This document shows, piece after piece, positions 51,621-64,000 of a DNA stretch of 64,000 nt (positions within the stretch are counted from its first letter, which is position 1; the number at the start of each line of letters is the position of its first letter). This DNA is from Octopus sinensis. Its lineage: Eukaryota. The stretch is from the NCBI RefSeq assembly GCF_006345805.1, contig NC_043001.1:59830001-59894000 (forward strand), read 5' to 3'. The position numbers and the translations under genes are program-made. The notes below the pieces were generated by a model. The model made no database searches. It worked only from the letters and a program-made list of their open reading frames with translations, and was not told the DNA's origin.

Positions 51621-53934
51621 AAAGGTTCACCATTCTTAAATTGTGGTTTCTTTGGTATCTTTGTCCCCAAACAACAGCTAATGATGGATGTATGTCTTTC
51701 TTACCCTCGCTCGTTTTGCATATAAGATCGTCTTTAAAAATTGCACGTGATTAATATAATTATACATCTAATTTTGTGGAATATGCAGACGCATTTCTTC
51801 CTCATTTCAAAAATAATTTTACGTACGTACATTCACTTATAAAACGCACATTTGATCATGCAAACACGATTATATCTTTGTAAGCAACGTTAACACACAC
51901 AAACACACACACACACACGTTTGTATGTTTGTGTGTGTGAAAAAGAAAGAAAAAAAGGAAGAAATGAGAATATTCAATAATGTAAGTAGAATATCAATAT
52001 TGGTAACTCTGAGTTATTCGGATAGTCAGACAAGCCCAGTGCAATGAATGTAAAAGTACTCAAAATAAGTACTCAGCAAATGAAAACGTAACGCAAGTAT
52101 CTGATTGGCTGCGTAAGCAAAGATAACTTCGGATGAATGAATTTGATTGCACTTGCTCCATGAAGAAGAAATAGATTAATAAATAACGTTGTAATTAATT
52201 CAGTTAAGTGTTATACATCTAATGCATTCGTAGAATGCCGCTGACGTTAGGATTCTACAATGTCAAAGAATGACTAGAAAGAAAAGCCGCTGAAAAAAGA
52301 TAATCAGATTAAGCGAAGAAAAGGTTAACCTAAAGCCTTTTTCAAATTTAATTTTCATTCACAAGGCTATGTATGATAACAAAAGAGGGCTTCATCGTGG
52401 AACAAACGAAATATTTAGACTTAAAACTTACAGGAAAAATAGAATTATCAGAAACTTCTGTGCATTATCTGTATTTATGTGTTTATTTTATAAATCTACG
52501 TACGAATGTTCTTAGTTTTTTTAAAAACATATTCAAAATGTCATAAAGTGAATTCAAGTTGTTGTCATACCGCAGTGATATTAATATATATTCTATTAAG
52601 CAAAGATGATACTTCATATTTCTAGAATTCCCATCCTTCTGTATGCAAGCTAGGCTCAACCATTTTTTATTGAGCAAGTAAAATTTTCTGTTAATCCGGT
52701 ATGGGAATTCGGTTGTAGACAGATCAATAACGATACACACACAAAATAATATATATGTATTGGGTGTCTAAGTGAGTTAATGCATATGTATGTACGAAGC
52801 AGTACAAAGTCAGTTCACACTAGCATGAGCGATGTGGCAGCATTAAATTTTCGACGACAAGTCACATTGATCATCGCATTTAAAAGGGAAAAAAGGCGGT
52901 CTCTAGTTTAGTCTCAACATATCTATCAGTTTTTAGCATAATGACTGTTTTCGCTTTAATTCTTTCATTCGTAAAAAAACCCATTAAATTGCAAATAACC
53001 ATTTGGTTTCATTAAAGCATAAGAGTGAGGCAAACTTGGGTTGAGAATGTTGCACAGCTTTAGAGATTTGAATACTTTCCGTTGATACACACCTTTTTGC
53101 ATGTTCACTCATTGCTTTTTAAGTCTGAGTTTGATTTACTGTTAAAGAAATACAGTGGGAGGAAACATGTCAGCTCAATAGAGAATCTGTTACCTCAAAC
53201 ACATTACAGTCACATACAGATTACGAAACACATATTCCACTTTATTTCTTTAGTGTTTTCTTATGTAATTTTTTCATTCGTCTATGTACACATGTCATGT
53301 ATGAATGTGTATATGTGTACACATATTTAGAATGCGTGTGCATTCCCGCACATATATTTAGTACACTCACGCAAAGCATTTCGAAGCATACGGTCAATAT
53401 GAATGTAAGTATTTTATTTTTGATACCCAACTTTTATTTTTGATACCCAAAAGTCTATTGAATATTAAAAATTTCCCCCAATAGATTGTGTGAAACAACA
53501 TATCAAAATGATATCTAAGTGACATCACCAGGGTACTAGACTTGGTATTTCTGAGTGAATTTGTCTTTTTTCGTGGCAGATATCACTACAAGTATTTGAA
53601 GCGGGCCCAAAATTTTGTTCCTAATTATATAAAGTCTGCAAAGATTAATTTCCTAATGTATGCTGAGACATGCTAAACTGGAATTAATTGAGTGCAAGCA
53701 CACGAGCAAGGACATTCTATTTAAAAATGCGTACATTCATACTTAACACACTGATGTGCACTAGAACGGCGTGAAGTATTAGCTGAGGGACACTGTCACA
53801 GAGAAAGGTTTCACTCTAAAGATTTTGCACGAACTGGGCTCCAGGTTAATTCATCAAATTATCAGATAATATTTCAGTGTCGTATAAGGAAGCATAGATA
53901 TATTTCTTGGTTTGTGAATAAATTTTGTAATGCG

Positions 53935-55065
53935 GTAGACACCTGGAACTCGCTTTCTGAGATAATCAGCAGCTGCATCGTCGCATTTGATGTTTTGGAA
54001 AGAGGGAAGAGTCACAAGGAGCAATATCTGGTGAATGCAGTGGCTGTAGGACCTGGTGAATGATGTGTCTAGCCAAAAACTTCTGCATAAGCTGCGCTGA
54101 ATTGGCATGTGCGTTGTCATGGTGCAACTGCCACTTACCGGACGCATGCAATTGTGGCTTTTCCCGACGAAGAGCATCCCTAAAACACCGCAAAACGTCC
54201 CGGTAGTACTCTTTGTTTACTGTCTGATCAGGTGGAGTATACGCTTAATGAACAATCCCCTTGTAGTCGAAGAGAATTGTCAATAGTGTCTTCACATTGC
54301 TTCGACCCATTTGTGCTTTCTTCGGTTCAAAAGAGTTTGTGGTCTTCTACTGCGAAAAAAAAGTGAGCCTTTGTTTCGAGGTCATAGACATACACCCACG
54401 CTTCATCATCCGTTATGACTGTTTTCAAAAGTTTTCATCGTTCTAGACATATTGAAGATCTTGTGCAACTGAAATTCGAGTGTCTTTTCGGTCAGCTGAA
54501 AACAGTTTTGGCACAAACTTGGCAAGCACGCGTCTCATACCCAAATTTTCAGTTACAATGGACTGGGCTGAACAGTAACTAATCTGCACATCCTCTGATA
54601 ACTAACGGATGGTGAATCCACGACTTCTCCTCATAGCTGCACGCACATCTGCGTTGATTTTCTCAGTTCTGTTGGTTGCGAGTCTCCTAAAATGTTCTTC
54701 ACTATCGACATTTTTTCGGCCATCTGGAAACGCCTGAACCACTCGTACACTTGTTTGCGGCTCATATACTCCTCACCATACGCTTTCTGCAACTCAGCGT
54801 AGGCCTCTGAAAAGGTGACGTCAGGATTTTGGCAAAATTGTCTGCAAATTCTCTGCTCAACTTCCCCTGTAATGATCATGCGACGATCACACGCTACACA
54901 CGTTCCTTCCAAGCACTGCAGTAAACAGCAGCAGTGAGCTAGAATGTTAAAACTTAGCGCGCATGCACAGCAGAATTCAATGTCAATCTGTAACAAGCGG
55001 CTTTATTCTACACATTTATCTTCGTTACTATAGCAAAAGTACAGATACTTATTGATAAGACTACG
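53935..55065 (-). mobile_element. Mariner family B, 3'-truncated, frameshifted
   Basis: One TIR-like end (minus strand TA|CGTAGTCTTATCAATAAGTATCTG at 55065). Motifs VEQRICRQFC..AYGEEYMSRKQVYEWFRRF, WQLHHDNAHAN and HSPDIAPCDSSLFPK. Second TIR not found. Confidence 0.85.
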
Positions 55066-55087
55066 TATGCATATATATATATATGTA

Positions 55088-55174
<87 letters not shown>

Positions 55175-55236
55175 TCATGGTATATTGTGTCAAGAACGTA
55201 GTAGAGTACAGTATAAAGCTCATCCATCTTCAATTA

Positions 55237-55268
<32 letters not shown>

Positions 55269-55723
55269 CAAAGGTAAACAGAAGTATGAATGTGAATGTG
55301 TGAGTATTCCTTACACTTCAAAGAGTACGAATAATTACAATTAATGCATATTTTAATTGGTTTTCATTGTAGATTTATAAAATATTCAGAGCGTTTAGTT
55401 AACTGATCCAATTATCCTTATTGGAAAATCCTCGCAAAGATATTGACGTCAAGAACAAATTTTCTCCATTAATACTTTCCTATGACATATTTTTCGTTTC
55501 AAAGTAAATAAGCTATTTAGTGTGATGTAGGAATAGTATTTATGGTGTGAGGTAGGGCGATGAGTAAATCTGTAGCATCTCTTTCACTGAAACTCTAGAT
55601 TCCGTAGGTTGCAATAGTCAATTAACACACTAAGAAAGAACGTTAACGATGAAATATTCATAAAGAAATAATAATGTTAAAACTTACACATATTTATACA
55701 TGTATACATACATACGTACGCCT

Positions 55724-55791
<68 letters not shown>

Positions 55792-55908
55792 AATCAAGGA
55801 ACGGCCATAATAGGCCATTCACCCACTAGAAATAACAGCCAAAGATTCAACCGCAAATAAACATCAATTCCGTAAACCAGGAGAAAATTAAAAAACATTT
55901 ACCCTGTA

Positions 55909-56015
55909 ATTTCTTATACGATGCACCGTTTCATCTACTGTTTAATGGTAAACCAACCTGATTAAATTAAATCAAGCCAATCTTCCATAGGCCCTTAGAT
56001 TCATCAGTAAGAAAT
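55909..56015 (-). ncRNA. Type I hammerhead ribozyme (mirror copy in left arm)
   Basis: Exact reverse complement of 56160-56266. Confidence 0.85.
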
Positions 56016-56159
56016 AGCCAAGCCGGAACAGATATTTTCACGAGGCATTTCCGACCCTGCCTCGGCAATATCTGACCTAAAATTTTCAAATCACCGCACT
56101 CGCGCCAAATTTATCGGCAGCAAATAAATATCTGTGAAAATATCTGTTCCGGCTTGGCT

Positions 56160-56266
56160 ATTTCTTACTGATGAATCTAAGGGCCTATGGAAGATTGGCT
56201 TGATTTAATTTAATCAGGTTGGTTTACCATTAAACAGTAGATGAAACGGTGCATCGTATAAGAAAT
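56160..56266 (+). ncRNA. Type I hammerhead ribozyme, apparently intact
   Basis: Perfect 8-bp helix I ATTTCTTA/TAAGAAAT, core CTGATGA at 56168-56174, helix II ATCTA/TAGAT with a long inner stem, GAAA at 56243-56246, near-palindromic helix III ACGGTGCATCGT, GUA triplet. Predicted cut after 56258. Confidence 0.87.
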
Positions 56267-56496
56267 TACAGGGTAAATGTTTTTTAATTTTCTCCTGGTT
56301 TACGGAATTGATGTTTATTTGCGGTTGAAGCTTTGGCTGTTATTTCTAGTGGGTTAATGGCCTATTATGGCCGTTCCTTGATTGTGATGTTGGGCTTAAA
56401 AATGGTCTATGACTATTTAATTTTTTCCCACTAGGCCGCTGGTGGCAAAAAAATTCTACAAAATTTTTTGCCACCCTATATTGATTAAATAAATAT

Positions 56497-56536
<40 letters not shown>

Positions 56537-57046
56537 CTTGTGTGTGTGTGTGTATATATAGATATATATATATATATATGTTTACAGATATATATCTGTA
56601 ATGATTATTTTACTCCCCTACGACAAAACTACGAATCTTTTTTTCAGCAGTACTATTTGGTGACTCGCGTAGAAAAAATTCTGGAGGGAAATACGAATTC
56701 ACTTGTCTATATAAATGTGGACATGCTGATTAACTTTTATATTTTTCGATGTCAATTGATCGAAAATATAGGAGGTAAGTTTTCCTAGCATTTCTAGATT
56801 TATAGGAATATTATGTCGATAAAGGAAATGGGTATTATGATTCTAATCCAGAAACGTACGTCCATAATTAACCGAAGACTGTGTGATTTCATTATTTTTC
56901 TTCCTTTTTTGCCATATGTGAGTTACAAATATTGTTGTTCGTGGAGACTTATTTTTGTGGTAAAAGGAAATAGTAGTCTTTTGGCTGCTATTTCTAATAT
57001 TTTTTGGTATGTGGTTGAGCAACTTGTTGCAAAATACACTTATTAT

Positions 57047-57049
<3 letters not shown>

Positions 57050-57136
<87 letters not shown>

Positions 57137-57149
57137 GTGTGTGTGTGTG

Positions 57150-57201
<52 letters not shown>

Positions 57202-57220
57202 CGTGTGTGTGTGTAGAGGA

Positions 57221-57268
<48 letters not shown>

Positions 57269-57275
57269 GGAGAGA
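57050..57275 (+). repeat. Compound (TA)n-(TG)n-(GA)n microsatellite
   Basis: Direct reading. Confidence 0.95.
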
Positions 57276-57807
57276 TAATGCTGCAAATAAACAGGAAAAA
57301 CACGCTTCGGCTAGATATATAAAATGTACATATATGCATATAAATATAATTAACGATATATACAGAGAGAAAGAAAAACTAAAAATTTTCTGATGTATAC
57401 ATGGAGTACAAAAGATACAGAAAACTATGGAGAAAAGTAATGGTATTTCAGGTCTCGACATGTGCTTCGGGGGTCTCGGGATTTCATAATAGGTGTAAAG
57501 TGTTGGCAGATGGAATGTATAAAAAGTCAAGATTAGGCAACCAAAAGTGAATGCACATAAACATTACCGTAAATCCGGCCTCTCTCTTCAGGGTGAAGAA
57601 ATAGACATCCATATTGTGCCTGTGTTTGACCCCCACCTCCGCTTGACAACCTGTGTAGTTGGATTAACGTCTCTGAAAAAGTTACCAATAGAATAAATAC
57701 TAGGATTAAAATTATAATAACTGACCGCAGCAATGACTGGAATACGAAAAAGATAAAAGATAACAGATAAAAGGTAGAAGATACATATATATTTTTTTAT
57801 TCTTGTA

Positions 57808-58248
57808 TTCTTTTACTTGTTTCACTCGTTTGACTACGGCCATGCTGAAGCACCCCCTTTACTCAAACATATCGAACTCAGAACTCATTCTTTGCAAGCC
57901 TAGTACTTATTTTATCGGTTACTTTTGCTGAACCGCTAAGTTAGAGGGACGTAAACACACGTAAGTCGGTTGTCAAGCGATGGTGAGGGGACGAATATAC
58001 ACACAAACATATGCATATACAAACACACCTTCAAACAAACACGTATATATATATATATATATATATATATAACAAACTCGTATATATATATATATACGAT
58101 GGGCTTCTTTCAGTTTCCGTCTACCAGATCAACTCACAAGGCTTTTGTCAGACTGACGCTTAGTAGAAGCCACATTCTCAAGGCGCCACTGAACTCGGAA
58201 AGGCGTGATTGGAAAGCAAGCTTCTTATCACACAGCCATGCCTGCGCC
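57808..58248 (-). mobile_element. SINE family A copy
   Basis: Reverse match to 8361-8750, from tail TTTTACTTGTTTCA to head ACACAGCCATGCCTGCGCC. Confidence 0.8.
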
Positions 58249-58520
<272 letters not shown>

Positions 58521-58873
58521 TATGGAATGAATACAGTTAACGAGAGAAGATCTTATAGCATTTATGGTCATTTTGCTAAATCTTACAAGCTGAAAGATTG
58601 TTTCAGTTCAGGAAATAACTTCACCATATGTAATACAGTAGCAGTTACGGAAATTATACAGTTTGAAAGAAAAAAGAAAAAAAAAAGAAAGCAAAAAGAG
58701 ACACGGAAGAGGTAGTAATATGGTTAGAGTAAAATATGATGGAAGTAAACATTTATTGAATATATTGCCTTGTAATATACACTGATTTATCTATAAATCT
58801 CTGTTGAACGTCGAGGAATGAACATTATAATTTCAAAAAATGGATTACGAAAGTTACTTTCGTGTGCGGAAGT

Positions 58874-58904
<31 letters not shown>

Positions 58905-58944
58905 TACATACATACATACATACATGCATACATGCATGCATTTG

Positions 58945-59645
58945 AGACTGAAACGAACCAATTGGTTTTCGCGTTAGCTATTCATCGTTTGAACAATACC
59001 GGTTAGAAAACGGTGTTAGGTCTAATAGTTCATGAGAAAAGAGATTATATATATAGTTTTGGATAATATGTATAAGGGAGGTAAGTAGTTCAGGAATTAG
59101 AAATGTGAGTGATGTAGAAAGTGTATAGGGTTTAGTGGGTTAAATTGAAGAGTTAGTGGTGTTCTGTATTGAGTTGTGTGTTCACATTTAGTTGGGGAGG
59201 AATTTGTTGATGAAAAATTACTCTTTATTCAACCTTTGTTGCATTGTGGTGTTCTGTGAGCATTGGTAAAAGGGAAATATTTGGAAATTGGGATTAAGAT
59301 TCCTGGCACATATTTTTATGTGTTCACTCACCTTTAACTGTCTGTATTGTGGGTGGCGGATTTGCTCTTTGTGAATGGTGATTCTTTGACGGAGCGAAAT
59401 TCCTGTTTGTCCAATATAGAATTTACCGCATCCTGTGCATGTCATGACATAGATTACATTTGCCAAGGCGCATGTGAAATTTGATTTGATCTTAAATATT
59501 TCTCCTTGTTTGAATTGGAATTCTGAGCCCTCCAGAAGGTGGGGGCATGTTCCTCAGTTGGAACGTCCATATTTTGTCACTTTTGGTTCACTAGTTAGTG
59601 GGTAAAGTCTAGCGCTGGTTAGTATTCTTTTCAGTGACTTCGGTT
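58945..59645 (-). mobile_element. 5'-truncated canonical Penelope-like element: linker, GIY-YIG endonuclease, 3' region with decayed hammerhead
   Basis: QPKSLKRILTSARL..KYGRSN*GTCPHLLEG..FTCALANVIYVMTCTGCGKFYIGQTGISLRQRITIHK..SEH. The left end (3') abuts (TACA)n/(CA)n and the right end lies close to (TA)n. Confidence 0.88.
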
Positions 59646-59693
59646 GCTTTTAACTTTTTATAATTTATATGAGCTTAAAATTTCGTTCATATA

Positions 59694-59777
<84 letters not shown>

Positions 59778-60185
59778 TTTTCTTATGAAAAATATAGAAC
59801 TACTTAAGAAGTGCTGGGGTCGAACCCAAGACAAAAATTAAGATTTAAGATATAAACTCAAATTAGGCAACCATATTCATAGTTATAAATTCGACTTTAA
59901 CACGCACATCGAACTCTATGGGTCTTTTAACTAAAACTCTTAAAAACACTTAATTTTATTACAAAAAATTCTCTTCTCTTTTTCTCCCACTTCCTTCCAT
60001 ACGTATCACACATTGGTTTTATTTACATGTATTTTTATGTATATTTGTATTTTATAAATATTTTTTTAAATATTCATGTTTCCATATCTATTAATATATA
60101 TTTTCGCATTTTAAGTAGAAAGTTATAACTGTATGAGTATGATTGCTAAATCTGAGTTTATATCTTAATTCTTATAATATATATA

Positions 60186-60249
<64 letters not shown>

Positions 60250-60255
<6 letters not shown>

Positions 60256-63200
60256 AATGAATTTCTGTTTGTTTGCTTGCTTGTCTGTCGAAATGGAAGT
60301 AAAATCAGCATATGTGTAGGTGTAGTCTCACCCTAGTTCAGATTCGAAAATGTCTGTCAAAGTGAAAACAATGACTGCAAATGTATAGGAGTAGTGTCAC
60401 TGTGGTTCAGATTCAACATTGAATCTTTCTATTCTCTTGGGCATACGGCGTATCAAGTTAAATAATACCAATTAGGGCTATATAAGTAGTAATGACGCCT
60501 TCTGGCATGTATTTGGATTCCTAATCGATGAACGGCACCCAGCCATTCAACAACTGTGCATTTAGAAAATTGTCGAAGTGTTTACTTCACTGCTTAGAGA
60601 GCAGCAATCAAGTTTCAAATCCAATGGATCCTACTTTAGCAGCCTTGTTCAATACTTGTCGGGGTGGGGGAGCAATTTTGTAAAACCGCTGCTATATCAC
60701 TAGTTGCCTTCTCATTACACATAGAGTAATATTAAATGGAATGGACGCAAAATAGGCACAAAGGTTCAGGGTCATTTTAGGATTAAGTTTAGTACGACAA
60801 TTGGTAGAGTATATACTTTACATCCTAACGAAAATGAATGCTTTCATCTCAGAATGCTTCTTCGTGTAAAAAGAGGACCAACTTCTTGGAAAGGTTGAAA
60901 GAAGTTGATGGTGAGATTTGCAGAACATATTGAGAAGCGTGTTTGAAGTTGTTTGCTTTCAAATGATCAGCAATAGGAAGTAACCATTGAAGAATATTCA
61001 ATATCAAAAGTGCCAAAGTTTTAAGAGGTCTTTTTGCTATTATTCTCAAAAATTGTGAAATAAGTAATTCTGTTGAACTGTGGAATAAATTCAGAAATGA
61101 TCTTGCTGAAGATTTTAGGCACCAAGTTCGGTTGCGTAATTATGAGCCATGTTATTGCTTTCACTGATTCTATATACAATGCAGCTTTGATTGAAATAGA
61201 TCAAATTATTTCGATGAGAGGTGAACCTGTAGAAAATTTAGGTCTCCTACTAACTAATAGAGGGGATCTTAACAGTCTGTCCACTGAAATAATGAGGGAA
61301 ATTTCCTGATATGAAGGAACTGATCATGTACATAAATGATAATCTTGCCAAACTTCTACCTGATCAACGTATACAAATTTCACAGTCATATAAAAAATGT
61401 TAACATTAACAAATAAGGACTTTACTTTTCAGACGCTCCAGCAGGTAATTGTAATTAAACAATCCAAGAAAAACAATAGCTTTAATCACTGATAATTCTG
61501 GGATTACAGCAACATAACTACCCAGAGGTCGGACTGCCCATCGAACATTCAAGTTATCTTTAGATTTATCTAACAAAGCAAATCCAGTTTATAATATATG
61601 TAAAATTCTGGAATGGATGAACTAATACGAAGATGTCTGGGAGGAATGTACCATAACCCACAAAAATCCTTTTAAAACCGTGGACAAAACGTTACGAGAC
61701 ACTAGACATTTAAATTTCATGATGGGAAATGACACAATATTATTGTTATCAGACTTCCGACAAACACTACTAGTTGTTCCGAGACGAACAAAAGTGGACA
61801 AGCTCAATGCTTCAATAAAGTCTTCTGTATTATGGTACCATGTCAAAACAATTCAACTTTCAACAAATATGTGATTGCAGCTTTCAAGAAATCAATCAGC
61901 TGAACTATTTGCAGAGCAGCTTTTGAAACTCAGTGAAGAGGGAGTTGCAAATGATGAAGAACAATTTCTGTTCAATATGCAATCCAGTTTATTCCGTTGA
62001 TGATGTGGTGGCTGAAAGCTTTCTGAATCTTCTTCGTAATTACAACAATGCAGATTGAATCTGTCAACGAGCTATCCTTGCTCCAAAAGATGTTGATGTA
62101 AATATGCTATTGGATAATTTTTTGGGAGAAGTATTCCTTTATAACTCAATTGACAGTGTTTTTGATGATCAGGATATTGTTAACAACCCCTTCGAATTTT
62201 TTAATTCGCTAGGACCACCAAGTACAACTCCTCATTGTCTTCCGCTGAAAAAAGGGACTCCTACGAGGGGCGTTCAATAAGTAATGCCCCTGACCCACTT
62301 CCCATAGTAGTAGAGCAACGAAACTTGGCACAGTTATTAGGCGTTTTATACACAGGAACCATCCAGAGTTACGCATTTCTCCCTTTATTTGATGCAGCTC
62401 TGGAGACCGTTTTTGTAGAAGACCCCAGCTTGGTCCTCCAACCACGACGTGACTTCAGAAATCAAGGCTGCATCATCTGGGAAACTCTTTCCTTTCAAAA
62501 ACAACTTCATGACTGGGAAGAGGTGAAAATTAAAGGGTGCAAGGTCAGGAAAGTAGGGGCGATGGGGGAGGAGTTCATAGCCATACGCCTGTGCTTCTGA
62601 TCTGGCGACAAGCGAGTTGTGGACTGGAGCGTTGTCCTGCAGGAGGAGCATGCCTTTGATGATCTTGCCCCGCCTCTTGATTTTGATAGCTTCTCTTAAT
62701 TTCCTCAAAAGTGAAGCATAATAGGCTCCTGTAATTGTGGTACCCTTTGCCAGGAAATCTGTCATCACTACTCCGTCCTGGTCCCAGAAGACTGTGAGCA
62801 TGACCTTGCCAGCGGAAGGCTGCACCCTTGCCTTCTTTGGAGGGGGTGAGTCACGGTGCTTCCACTGCATTGACTGAGCTTTGGTCTCTGGATCATCGTG
62901 ATGGACCCAGGTTTCATCCTGTGTAATCAGTCTTTTGAACAATTTAGACTCATCTTCTTTGCACATCTCCAAATTCACCCTCGAGTACTCGACGCGTTCT
63001 TGCTTCTGGAATCGGTGTGAGCAACCTGGGAATCCATCTGGCAGACACCTTTTGCATATGCAAATGGTCATGAATGATAGTTTCTACAGACCCGGTATTA
63101 ATCTTGACCTCATGGGCTATTTGGAAAATAGTTATGTGTCGATCTTCCAAAATGGCAGCCTCAACTTGACGGACAGATGCCTCATCAATGGCAGAAAGAG

Positions 63201-63910
63201 GGCGACTAGATCTGGGAGCTGTTTCCACAGAGTTCCGACTATGTTTGAATTCACAATGCCAGCGTTTTACAAGGTCATATGATGGGGCATCATCACCATA
63301 AGTTACTTTCATTTCATCAAACGTCTCCCGTGGTGTGCGTCCTTTCAAATACAAAAACCGGATCACTGCTCGACACTCAACAGGCTCTATTTCACACTTG
63401 ACTCAGTTCAAACACCTGTAAATCAGAAACCACAATTAGTTCAGAGCTATAATTTGCCGCTTAATCCATAGAGATATAAATAATTGTACATGCAAAATGC
63501 AGCTAGATCAAACAACAACAAGTGGGTCAGGAGCATTACTTATTGAACGTTCCTCGTATTATTTTATAGCATAATTTGTCCCAACCAAAATTATACAATG
63601 GTACAAAGCTAATTGTGCACAAACTTATGAGAAACTGCACTGAGGCAAATATCCTCACTAGTTGTGGTAAATATGAGACCGTGTTCATTCCTCACATACC
63701 AGTTATACCCTTTAATACCCTTTTCCAATATAAGCGGTTACATTTTCCTATCCAAGTTTATTATGCCATGCGCATTAATAGAAGTCAGGGACAAACACTA
63801 AAAATTGCTGGATTGCAACATGAAGAACCATGTTTTTCGGTTGGCCAACTTTATGTAGAGGCATCACGTGTGGGAGCAGAAGCAAATATAATAGTCAAAC
63901 ATTAATTCTT
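60250..63910 (+). mobile_element. Second, older Helitron (different subfamily), internally deleted and interrupted by a mariner; probably continues past the window end
   Basis: Relic motifs YISSNDAFWHVFGF..ERHPAIQQL, ECFHLRMLLRVKRGPTS, DAPAG, WEECTITHK, SDFRQTLLVV, PHCLPLKKGTP|..NLSQPKLYNGTKL, RINRSQGQT and GQLYVEASRVG. No CTAG 3' end is seen within the window. Confidence 0.88.
62264..63556 (-). mobile_element. Mariner family A, copy 2 (1293 bp), defective D,D34D transposase
   Basis: 37-bp TIRs at 62264-62300 and 63520-63556 with 3 mismatches; TA at 62262-62263 and 63557-63558. Motifs ITQDETWVHH and QDNAPVH, with PDLAPFN where the third catalytic D has become N. One-base insertion near 63010. 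Confidence 0.97.
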
Positions 63911-64000
63911 ATATGAAATTGACCTTTATTCTACTTCAGTTATTACACGATTTTCTCTTGTAAAATACATACATAGAAGGGGAGTAAATTTTATATAGAG

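Larger units (their letters stand above)
55787..56480. repeat. Near-perfect foldback: 255-bp inverted arms (55787-56041, 56134-56388), 92-bp spacer, unique extension to ~56480, embedded in (TA)n
   Basis: Only 2 mismatches found between the arms. Terminal stem-loop GGTGGCAAAAAAATT..AATTTTTTGCCACC at about 56440-56476. (TA)n on both sides. Confidence 0.97.

Overview
AT-rich, microsatellite-dense animal DNA with no recognisable intact host gene. The SINE families and repeat style suggest a coleoid cephalopod such as Octopus; this is inference from pattern recognition, not a database match. The window is a layered transposon landscape. It holds a near full-length Helitron (27887-34327) with RepHel, a second decayed Helitron, and non-autonomous Helitron pieces. 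There is a Tc1 (DD34E) element with a single stop codon, two copies of one mariner family, and several older mariner relics. LINEs include R4/Dong-like, L1/Tx1 and RTE fragments. Two Penelope-like elements are present (a C-terminal GIY-YIG type and a probable C-terminal-RT Naiad type), along with two tRNA-derived SINE families. The most interesting signal is invisible in the ORF track: short non-coding foldback elements next to (TA)n tracts that carry type I hammerhead ribozymes facing outward. Four copies have intact cores and stems (38378-38463, 46295-46389, and the mirror pair 55909-56015/56160-56266). Two diverged members of one family show compensatory stem changes, and several more copies are decayed. 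All alignments and folds were read by eye.
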